A stretch of 24,000 nucleotides of DNA, from positions 99,003 through 123,002 of the forward strand of contig CAXBBM010000003.1 in assembly GCA_963973915.1 (NCBI GenBank), written 5' to 3'. How positions within the stretch are numbered: position 1 is the stretch's first letter; every line of letters begins with the position of its first letter. Below, piece by piece: positions 8,430-15,194 of the stretch. This DNA comes from an uncultured Polycyclovorans sp. (GTDB lineage: Bacteria; Pseudomonadota; Gammaproteobacteria; Nevskiales; Nevskiaceae). The notes beneath the pieces were generated by a model that worked only from the letters and a program-made list of their open reading frames with translations, did not search any database and had not been told where the DNA came from. The translations under genes were made by a program, and so were the position numbers.

Positions 8430-9224
8430 ATGTCGATCCAAGCGTCGTCAATCCCTTCCGCCCGGGTGCCCAGTACGCCCAAGGCGGAGAAGATGTTCAA
8501 CCTAGGGCCCGTTGCCATCGGCTGGGGGCTGTTGCTCGCAATCTACGCCGGGTTTCGCCTTTACCAGGGCGCGTTCTCGTTCGAGTACGGACTGGATGCC
8601 ACCTCGCCGGAATTTGCGACCTACTGGCTCACCTTGTTCCAGATCGAGGTGCCGCTGATCTTCGGCAGCGGCCTGTGCATCTGGTTGTACCTGTGGTTCA
8701 CCCGCGACCGCGACATGGACAACATGAGCGGTGAGACCGAGCTGAAGCGTTACTTCGGTCTGCTGGCCTGGTTCATGATGTACACCTTCTCGTTTCTGTG
8801 GATCGCCAGCTTCTTCGGTGAAGGCGACGCCACCTGGCACCAGACGGTGATCCGCGATACCGCGCTCACGCCCAGTCACATCGTGGTGTTCTACGCCTGC
8901 GTGCCGATGTACATCGTGTTCGGCGTCAGCAGCCTGCTGTATGCGACCACGCGCATTCCCGCGTTCGCACGGGGCTATTCGCTGCCTCTGATCATGGCGG
9001 TGCTTGGCCCCGGCCTGATTCTGCCCAACCTCGGCTTCAACGAATGGGGCCATGCGTTCTGGATGACCGAAGAAATCTTCAGCCATCCCCTGCACTGGGG
9101 CTTCCCGATTCTGGGCTGGACCGGCCTTGCCCTGGGCGGTTTGTTCATCCAGGTGATCGGCCGCATGGCCGTGTTGTTCAAGGAAGTCGGCGGTCCGCCG
9201 GCAGAAGACGCAGACCTGGCCTGA
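8430..9224 (+). CDS. xmoC: Copper membrane monooxygenase subunit C (PmoC/AmoC family)
   Basis: Start trimmed to ATG 8430 (SD GAGGAG 8417-8422), giving 264 aa. Family signatures: GEGDATWHQTVIRDTALTPSHI (Asp/His/His site) and LGFNEWGHAFWMTEEIFSHPLHWGF (Asn/His/His site). The protein is collinear with remembered M. capsulatus PmoC. Confidence 0.93.
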   Translation: MSIQASSIPSARVPSTPKAEKMFNLGPVAIGWGLLLAIYAGFRLYQGAFSFEYGLDATSPEFATYWLTLFQIEVPLIFGSGLCIWLYLWFTRDRDMDNMSGETELKRYFGLLAWFMMYTFSFLWIASFFGEGDATWHQTVIRDTALTPSHIVVFYACVPMYIVFGVSSLLYATTRIPAFARGYSLPLIMAVLGPGLILPNLGFNEWGHAFWMTEEIFSHPLHWGFPILGWTGLALGGLFIQVIGRMAVLFKEVGGPPAEDADLA

Positions 9225-9248
9225 GTCGCCAAGGTGCAGCACGGCGCC

Positions 9249-9270
9249 CGACCCCCGGCTGCGGGGGTCG
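9249..9270 (+). other. Perfect 9-bp GC hairpin in the xmoC-xmoA spacer (RNA stability/processing or partial terminator candidate)
   Basis: CGACCCCCG (9249-9257), loop GCTG, CGGGGGTCG (9262-9270), located 25 nt after the xmoC stop. No U-tract follows. Confidence 0.4.
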
Positions 9271-9385
9271 CGAGGCCTGATGACAAAAACGCTGTCGTCC
9301 AGCAGGGATCCGAGTCCGGCGCCGCGCCCAGCGCGCCGGCCGGCAAGAGTCTGGACAGACATAGAAGAATTCGAGGAGGGTGCCC

Positions 9386-10225
9386 ATGACTGAAAATGAC
9401 CGTGCGATTCTGAAAGTGTCCGAGCTGTCGCCCCAGGCGATCGGCTGGTCGCGAACGCTGGACCTGTTGATCATCGTTGTCGCCGCCTTCCTGATCTGGT
9501 CGGTGTCGCACATCAGTTTCCTGCTGCTCGGGGGCGACTGGGATTTCTTCATCGACTGGAAGGATCGCCAGTATTGGATCCTCATCATCCCGATCACCAC
9601 CATCATCATGGCGGCCTCGTTCCAGGCCATATTCTGGAATCTGTTCCGTCTCCCGATCGGCGCCACGGCAAGCCTGCTGCTGCTGTTGCTCGGCACCTGG
9701 ATCGTGCGTTACCACAGCTGGGAGGGGCTGGCCTATTTCCCCATCAGCCTGGTGGTGCCCGGAACCTGCCTCATGGGCGCGCTGGTGCTCGACGCCATTC
9801 TGGTGCTGTCGCGCAGCTGGCTGGTGACCGGCATGTTCGGCGCAACGCTGTACGGCCTGCTGTTCTATCCCGCCAACTGGACGTACATGGCCGGCTATTT
9901 CCAGCCGGTGATGAACATGGGCGACATGACCTCGGTCGCGGACCTGATCGGCTACGTCTTTCCGCGTGCCGGAACCCCCGAATACATCCGCATCATCGAG
10001 CGCGGCACCCTGCGCACCTTCGGTGACACGCCGACCTGGGTGTCGGCGTTCTTCGCCGCGTTCGTGTGCATCTTTTTGTATTACCTGTTCTGGGGTCTCG
10101 GTGTGCTGGCCTGCAATGCACGCTTTTTCCCGGTGGGCGAGCGCTTCAAGTCCCTCTACGGCGCCAAGGGCGCCAAGGACCAGACCGCCGGTGGCCCGGT
10201 CACCCAGCCAGGAGCCTCATCATGA
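9386..10225 (+). CDS. xmoA: Copper membrane monooxygenase subunit A (PmoA/AmoA family)
   Basis: ATG 9386 sits 6 nt after SD GAGGAGG (9373-9379), giving 279 aa. Signatures: GGDWDFFIDWKDRQYW, FYPANW and RAGTPEYIRIIERGTLRTFG. The stop overlaps the xmoB start (ATGA). Confidence 0.93.
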   Translation: MTENDRAILKVSELSPQAIGWSRTLDLLIIVVAAFLIWSVSHISFLLLGGDWDFFIDWKDRQYWILIIPITTIIMAASFQAIFWNLFRLPIGATASLLLLLLGTWIVRYHSWEGLAYFPISLVVPGTCLMGALVLDAILVLSRSWLVTGMFGATLYGLLFYPANWTYMAGYFQPVMNMGDMTSVADLIGYVFPRAGTPEYIRIIERGTLRTFGDTPTWVSAFFAAFVCIFLYYLFWGLGVLACNARFFPVGERFKSLYGAKGAKDQTAGGPVTQPGASS

Positions 10226-11511
10226 GCCTGCATCTCCGCATGCCGCGTCGCGGCCTGAGTCTGTCGCTGTTGCTCGCGGTGATGACGTTTGCCAGCACGC
10301 TGGTGCCGGTGCCCGTTGCCGCGCACGGCGAACGCGCCACCGAACCGTATATCCGCACCCGCACCGTGCACTGGTACGACGTTACCTGGTCGACGCAGCA
10401 GGTGGGGGTCAACGAGACGGTGACGGTGGAAGGCAAATTTCACCTGTTCACCGACTGGCCTGATGCCGCGTCCAAGCCGGAACTGGCGTTTCTGTCGAAT
10501 GCCACGCCTGGCGCGGTGATGACCCGCGTCGAGTCGTACATCAACGACATGCCGGCGCAACAGTCGGTAAGTCAGCTGGAAGTTGGGGGCGACTACAGCT
10601 TCAAGCTGGTGATGGCCGGTCGCGTGCCCGGTCGCTGGCACCTGCATCCGGTGCTCAGCGTGCATGGCGCAGGCCCCATCGTCGGGCCCGGCCACTGGGT
10701 CGAAGTCACCGGCAGCGCGGCGGACTACAAGCTGCCCATCACCACCATGACCGGCGAGGTGATTGACGACCTTCAGCACTACGGCGTCGCGCGCCTGCAG
10801 TTGTGGCAGGCCGGTTATGCCTTGATTGCCGTCGCCTGGATTTTCTGGTGGATCCGCCGGCCGCTGATCGTGCCGCGCTGGAATGCCATCCGTAAGGGAC
10901 GCGAAGATCTGCTGGTCACGCGCACCGATGACCGGGTCGCGGCCGCCATGCTGGTGCTGGTGCTGGTGGTGGTGATCTTCGGCTACCACCACGCCACTCA
11001 AAAGTATGAGTACGTGGTGCCACTGCAGGCCGGCTCGTTCAAGACCAAACCCCTGCCGCTGCCGCCCCCCGAAGTGGCGGTGCAAATGAAGGACGCCACC
11101 TACGACGTCCCCGGCCGCAGCCTGCGGCTCGACGTCGAGGTCACCAACCAGTCCGACTCACCGATGCGCCTCGGGGAATTCACCACCGCCAACCTGCGCT
11201 TCCTGAACAAGTCGCTGGCCGTGGCCTTGGCCGGGGTCGATCCCTCGTTCCCCAAGGACCTGGTTGCGGGTTCCGGCCTCAAGCTCAGCGACGATTCGCC
11301 CATCGCCCCCGGCGAGACGCGGACCATGCGTATCGAGGCCACCGATGCGGCCTGGGAGATCGAACGGCTTGTCAGCTTCCTGACCAACGTCGACAGCCGC
11401 GTGGGCGGCATGCTGTTCTTCTTTGACGCGCAAGGACAGCGCCACATGGTGGAAGTGTTCGGCCCGATCATCCCGGTGTTCACCCAGTTGCAGCTCGCGC
11501 AACGTCACTGA
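10222..11511 (+). CDS. xmoB: Copper membrane monooxygenase subunit B (PmoB/AmoB family)
   Basis: Start trimmed to ATG 10222 (SD AGGAG 10210-10214), giving 429 aa. The signal peptide ends VPVAA|HGERATEPYIRTRTVHWYD. Other features are GRWHLHPVLSVHGAGPIVGPGHW, two central TM helices, and a C-terminal cupredoxin domain (LGEFTTANLRFL, APGETRTMRIEATDAAWE, GMLFFFDAQG). Confidence 0.93.
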   Translation: MSLHLRMPRRGLSLSLLLAVMTFASTLVPVPVAAHGERATEPYIRTRTVHWYDVTWSTQQVGVNETVTVEGKFHLFTDWPDAASKPELAFLSNATPGAVMTRVESYINDMPAQQSVSQLEVGGDYSFKLVMAGRVPGRWHLHPVLSVHGAGPIVGPGHWVEVTGSAADYKLPITTMTGEVIDDLQHYGVARLQLWQAGYALIAVAWIFWWIRRPLIVPRWNAIRKGREDLLVTRTDDRVAAAMLVLVLVVVIFGYHHATQKYEYVVPLQAGSFKTKPLPLPPPEVAVQMKDATYDVPGRSLRLDVEVTNQSDSPMRLGEFTTANLRFLNKSLAVALAGVDPSFPKDLVAGSGLKLSDDSPIAPGETRTMRIEATDAAWEIERLVSFLTNVDSRVGGMLFFFDAQGQRHMVEVFGPIIPVFTQLQLAQRH

Positions 11512-11524
11512 GGGTTACGGCCAA

Positions 11525-12112
11525 ATGCAGAATCGATCGGCTTACCGCGGGTTACGCGCCGCGCTGCTCACCTGCGGCGCGGTGCTGGGGTTGGCGCTGT
11601 GTCAGGGGGCGGGCGCGCACGGCGGTCTGTCGATCGACGACGACATGTGCAAGCTGCGCCTGGGGCCGTTCAACATGCACTTCACCGGCTATCAGCCGGC
11701 GATCAATGGTAACCGCGAGTTCTGCGAAGACATTCCCAAGGTCGGCCATACCATCGTGGTCATGGATGCGATGGACCCCGAGTTGCGCGAAATGCCCATC
11801 GAGGTGCGGATCATTCGTGACACCGGCGACGAGCGCCAGCTCGATGCGATCACCGTGGCGCATCTGCCCCCGAAGATCTACGAATCGGGCAGCGTGCCGC
11901 TGGAATACAGCTTCACCACGCCGGGCAGGTTCGTCGGCCTGGTGACGGCCGGTGACCAGGGGCAGTACACCTCGCGCTTTCCGTTCAGTGTGGGCATTCC
12001 ACCAAAGCGCTACGGCTTCTATCTGCTGTTTGTTGGCGTCGCGCTGCTGGGCTTCGGGCTCTACCGTTATTCGGGAATGAAGCGACAACGCCAGATGGCC
12101 GACCAGATCTGA
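11525..12112 (+). CDS. Secreted, C-terminally membrane-anchored protein in the xmoD position (PmoD/AmoD-like, putative copper-binding)
   Basis: ATG 11525 lies 13 nt after the xmoB stop, giving 195 aa. Signal peptide MQNRSAYRGLRAALLTCGAVLGLALCQGAGA|HGG. The domain is rich in Cys, Met and His (DDDMCKLRLGPFNMHF, EFCEDIPKVGH, VVMDAMDPELREMP). A C-terminal TM helix YGFYLLFVGVALLGFGLYRY is followed by a basic tail. Homology to PmoD is inferred from position and architecture, not verified. Confidence 0.55.
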   Translation: MQNRSAYRGLRAALLTCGAVLGLALCQGAGAHGGLSIDDDMCKLRLGPFNMHFTGYQPAINGNREFCEDIPKVGHTIVVMDAMDPELREMPIEVRIIRDTGDERQLDAITVAHLPPKIYESGSVPLEYSFTTPGRFVGLVTAGDQGQYTSRFPFSVGIPPKRYGFYLLFVGVALLGFGLYRYSGMKRQRQMADQI

Positions 12113-12127
12113 GTCTGGCCGGCCATC
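12094..12127. terminator. Hairpin in the convergent junction between the xmo operon and the minus-strand CoA operon
   Basis: GATGGCCGACCAGA (12094-12107), loop TCTGAG, TCTGGCCGGCCATC (12114-12127), giving 14 pairs with one A/C mismatch. The loop contains the stop codon of the xmoD-position gene. There is no U-tract on either side. Confidence 0.35.
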
Positions 12128-12143
12128 CGGTTGCGGCAAGCGA

Positions 12144-12929
12144 TCAAACCCTGAAGTCGGGCTTGCGCTTTTCCAGGAAGGCGTTGACGCCCTCGCGATG
12201 CTCCGGGCTCTTGGCCGCGAGCACGAAGTGCGAGGACACCTGGTCGAGATGGGTGGTGAAGTCCAGGTGCAGGCCCTGGTACGCCGCCCGCTTGGTCAGA
12301 CGCATCGCGGTGGCGGCGCCGTCGGCCAGACGACGCGCCAGTGCACGGGCCTCGTTCTCCAGCTCCGCCAGCGGCACCACGCGATTGAACAGGCCGATGC
12401 GCCGGCCTTCCTCGGCTTCGACGAAATCGCCGGTGAGCAGCATCTCCAGCGCGCGCGGCAGGCCGACGATACGCGGCAGCAGCCAGGCGCCGCCGTCGCC
12501 GGGAACCAGGCCGATCTTGACGTAGCTCGCCGCCACCCGCGCGTTGTCGGCAGCGACGCGAAAATCACATTGCAGCGCCATGTCCAGGCCGGCCCCGGTG
12601 GCCGCGCCCTGCATCGCGGCCACGACCGGCTTGTCGATCTGCATCATAAGTTTCGGAATGCGATGCACGCCCGACCACAGCTTGGTCTTGTGGATCGACG
12701 GCGGACCTTCCAGCTCGCGCTTCATGTCGTGCAGATCGCCACCGGCGCAGAAATGACGGCCGTTGGCGCGCAGCAGCACGGCACGCACGGCGTCATCGTC
12801 GTGGCATTGCTGCAGGGCCGCGACCCAGGCATCGAGCATGGGCTCGTCGAAGGCATTGCCGGCGTCCGGCCGGTTGAGGACGATTTCGCCGACGCCGTCG
12901 ACGATGCTGAACAGCAGGGGTGCGGTCAT
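12144..12929 (-). CDS. Enoyl-CoA hydratase/isomerase (crotonase superfamily)
   Basis: 261 aa: GEIVLNRPDAGNAFD...RANGRHFCAGGDL...AAMQGAATGAGLDMALQCDFRVA, a typical crotonase fold signature. Confidence 0.88.
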   Translation of the reverse strand: MTAPLLFSIVDGVGEIVLNRPDAGNAFDEPMLDAWVAALQQCHDDDAVRAVLLRANGRHFCAGGDLHDMKRELEGPPSIHKTKLWSGVHRIPKLMMQIDKPVVAAMQGAATGAGLDMALQCDFRVAADNARVAASYVKIGLVPGDGGAWLLPRIVGLPRALEMLLTGDFVEAEEGRRIGLFNRVVPLAELENEARALARRLADGAATAMRLTKRAAYQGLHLDFTTHLDQVSSHFVLAAKSPEHREGVNAFLEKRKPDFRV

Positions 12930-12995
12930 GTGCAGGGGTTCCTGTGAGAGTGGGCCAGGCTCAACGCCCGGCGTACGAATGAAGGTGCAACGGAT

Positions 12996-13799
12996 TCAGC
13001 TGGCACGCGCGAGGATGGCGCGGGCGCGTTCGACGACCGGGCGATCCACCATCTGGCCGTTGAGCGCCACGGCGCGGCCGTCGGCGCTGTCGTCGGCCGC
13101 GACCACGCGGCGCGCCCAGTCGATGTCGGCCGGGGTCGGGCCGAAGCCGCGATGCACCGGCGCGATCTGCTGCGGGTGGATGCACAGCTTGCCCGTGAAG
13201 CCGAGCGAGGCGGACCGTCGCGTGTCGGCCTCGACCACGTCAGGATCGGAGAAGCTGGTGGTCACGCCGTCCACCGGCGAGGGCAGGCCGGCGAGGCGCG
13301 AGGCCAGCACCAACTGCATGCGGTAGGGATCGAGCACCGGCTCGTCGCCGGGAATGGCCAGGTCCAGGCGCAGGTCGATGCTGCCGAACACCAGGCGCTC
13401 GGTGCCGTTCGCCGTGGCGATGTCATCCAGCCGCGCCAGGCCCAGGCCACTTTCGATGGTGGGCAGCACCGGGCGCGCGGCGGCAAGGTGCAGTTCGGTG
13501 ACCAGCGCGCCGGACTCGGCCTTGGGCAGCACGATGCCGGCGATGCCGGGCAGCCCGCACAGCGCGCGATCCGCCGCGAACCACGGCGTCTGCTCGCCGT
13601 TGATGCGCAGCCAGATCGGTCGCGCGGCGTCGAGGCTGGCGCGCACCGCGGCGCGCGCGTCGTCCTTCTCGGCCGGTGGCACCGCGTCTTCCAGATCGAC
13701 GATCACCGCGTCGGCGCCGCTGGCGATGGCCTTGGCGATGCGTTCGCAGCGGTTGCCCGGCACGAACAGGTAGCTGCGCGCGGGGATCACGACAGCCAC
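12996..13799 (-). CDS. HpcH/HpaI-CitE family acyl-CoA lyase (citramalyl/malyl-CoA lyase-like)
   Basis: 267 aa with a GTG start: RSYLFVPGNRCERIAKAIASGADAVIVDLEDAV...GKLCIHPQQI, characteristic of CitE-like lyases. The start overlaps the upstream PrpD-family gene by 13 nt. Confidence 0.85.
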   Translation of the reverse strand: MAVVIPARSYLFVPGNRCERIAKAIASGADAVIVDLEDAVPPAEKDDARAAVRASLDAARPIWLRINGEQTPWFAADRALCGLPGIAGIVLPKAESGALVTELHLAAARPVLPTIESGLGLARLDDIATANGTERLVFGSIDLRLDLAIPGDEPVLDPYRMQLVLASRLAGLPSPVDGVTTSFSDPDVVEADTRRSASLGFTGKLCIHPQQIAPVHRGFGPTPADIDWARRVVAADDSADGRAVALNGQMVDRPVVERARAILARAS

Positions 13800-15157
13800 C
13801 CCTGGACGCTGGCCTCGCTCTCGAGATTCCAGACCCGCTGGATGATCGCCTTCATCTCGCCATCGCTTGCGCCGCGCGCGTAGGACGCGAGCCTTTGCGC
13901 CTTGTCCTCGAGTTCCGGCCGGCTAAGCGTGTTGCCGGGATCGCCCTTGGGTTCATCGACACGCGCCTCGAAGCTGCGGCCGTCGGTGGTCTTGACCCAG
14001 ACCTTGCCGATCCAGCGCGCCGGGTAGGCGCCTTCGACTTCCGCATCGAGCGTCATGCGCACCTTCTTGCGCACCGCGACCACCTTGGCATCCAGGTAGT
14101 GCGCGTCGAAATCCGGCAATTGCGCGCGGCCAAAGACGGCGATCAGACCCAGCACCGTGCCCATGGAGAACTTGGACTGATGCACGGAGGACGGTTCGAC
14201 CACCGGCGCCAGCACGTCGATGGCGCTCTGGTGCACGCCGCACAGCACGTCGGCGAGATCCTCGTGCTTGAGGTTTTCGCGCTGCATGAGGGTTTGCAGC
14301 GCATCGGCGGCCGGGTGCGTGTGACGGCAGGACGCATGGAACTTGAAGGAGGACTCGGCCAGGGTCCATCGCGTGCCCAGGCCATCGACCAGCTTGGCCG
14401 GGTCGGCGCCCTCGGACATCGAGGCACCCATGCCACCGGCACCTTCCAGCGCGCGCCGCGCACCGGTATAGCCGTCGGCGGCCAGCTCCGCGGCGGTGAT
14501 GCCGGCCATCGCGGCATGCGCGCAGTGCAGCTGCTTGGACTGTGCGCCTTCGCGCAGGTATTCCCAGAGCCCGCCGGCCTGCGTCGCCGCACTGCCGAAG
14601 GCCCAGGCCATCTGCTCGGCATTCAGGTTGAGCAGGCGTCCGGCGGTGGCCGCCGCCGCGATGCAGCCGACCGTCGCCGTGGTGTGGAAGCGCTTGTAGT
14701 GCGCGCGGCCCAGGAACTCGCCGATGCGGATGCCCACCTCGTAACCGGCGACGATGGCTTCCAGCATCTGCGCGCCGCTGGCCTTGCGCGACTGTGCGAG
14801 GGCCAGCGCCGGCCCGAACACCACGGCGGCGGCGTGAAACACCGAGCCGTTGTGCACGTCGTCCTGCTCGACCATGTGCGAGGCGCCCGAGTTGAGCATG
14901 GCGGCGAACAGCGGATCGACGCGCTTGCGCGAGGTCAGCAGTTCGGCATCGCCGGGCTTGGCGTGGCGCTCGACGAAGCGCTCCAGCGCCTGCACCGGTT
15001 CGCCGCTGCGGCCGGCAAGGGCGCAGGCCATCCAGTCCAGGAACAGATCTTCGGCGCGGCGCAGCACATGGGCTGGAACGCGGGCGCAGGAAATCTCGGC
15101 GGCGAAGCGGGCGAGTTCGGCGCCCTGGTCGGCGGCGGGGGTGAGGGTGAGAGTCAT
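13787..15157 (-). CDS. MmgE/PrpD-family protein (2-methylcitrate dehydratase-like, function unknown)
   Basis: Start trimmed to ATG 15157 (MTLTLTPAADQG...), giving 456 aa. The length and motifs (SGASHMVEQDDVH, GFHTTATVG-like KRFHTTATVGCIAAAA, FKFHASCRHTHPAADA) fit the PrpD family. Confidence 0.85.
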   Translation of the reverse strand: MTLTLTPAADQGAELARFAAEISCARVPAHVLRRAEDLFLDWMACALAGRSGEPVQALERFVERHAKPGDAELLTSRKRVDPLFAAMLNSGASHMVEQDDVHNGSVFHAAAVVFGPALALAQSRKASGAQMLEAIVAGYEVGIRIGEFLGRAHYKRFHTTATVGCIAAAATAGRLLNLNAEQMAWAFGSAATQAGGLWEYLREGAQSKQLHCAHAAMAGITAAELAADGYTGARRALEGAGGMGASMSEGADPAKLVDGLGTRWTLAESSFKFHASCRHTHPAADALQTLMQRENLKHEDLADVLCGVHQSAIDVLAPVVEPSSVHQSKFSMGTVLGLIAVFGRAQLPDFDAHYLDAKVVAVRKKVRMTLDAEVEGAYPARWIGKVWVKTTDGRSFEARVDEPKGDPGNTLSRPELEDKAQRLASYARGASDGEMKAIIQRVWNLESEASVQGWLS

Positions 15158-15194
15158 GTGCGGTTCTTTGAATGGGTGAGAAAAGGTGCTGGGT

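Noticed and set aside
9280-9393. 37-codon ORF in the xmoC-xmoA spacer (MTKTLSSSRDPSPAPRPARRPARVWTDIEEFEEGAHD) ending across the xmoA start
   Set aside because: It has only a weak GAGG with 4-nt spacing. The peptide is Pro/Arg-rich and hydrophilic with no features. It is more likely chance than a gene, so it is not reported as a feature.
10066-10221. N-terminal extension of the xmoB ORF overlapping xmoA by 160 nt
   Set aside because: ATG 10222 has an AGGAG SD, overlaps the xmoA stop (ATGA) and yields a proper signal peptide ending just before the conserved HGE. The upstream part is an out-of-frame reading of xmoA.
8430-11511. Calling the locus particulate methane monooxygenase or ammonia monooxygenase (organism is a methanotroph or nitrifier)
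   Set aside because: Homology establishes the family only. The window shows no C1 or hydroxylamine oxidation genes, and the context (TetR, acyl-CoA catabolism, BVMO) fits heterotrophic hydrocarbon oxidisers better. Substrate cannot be assigned from sequence by eye.
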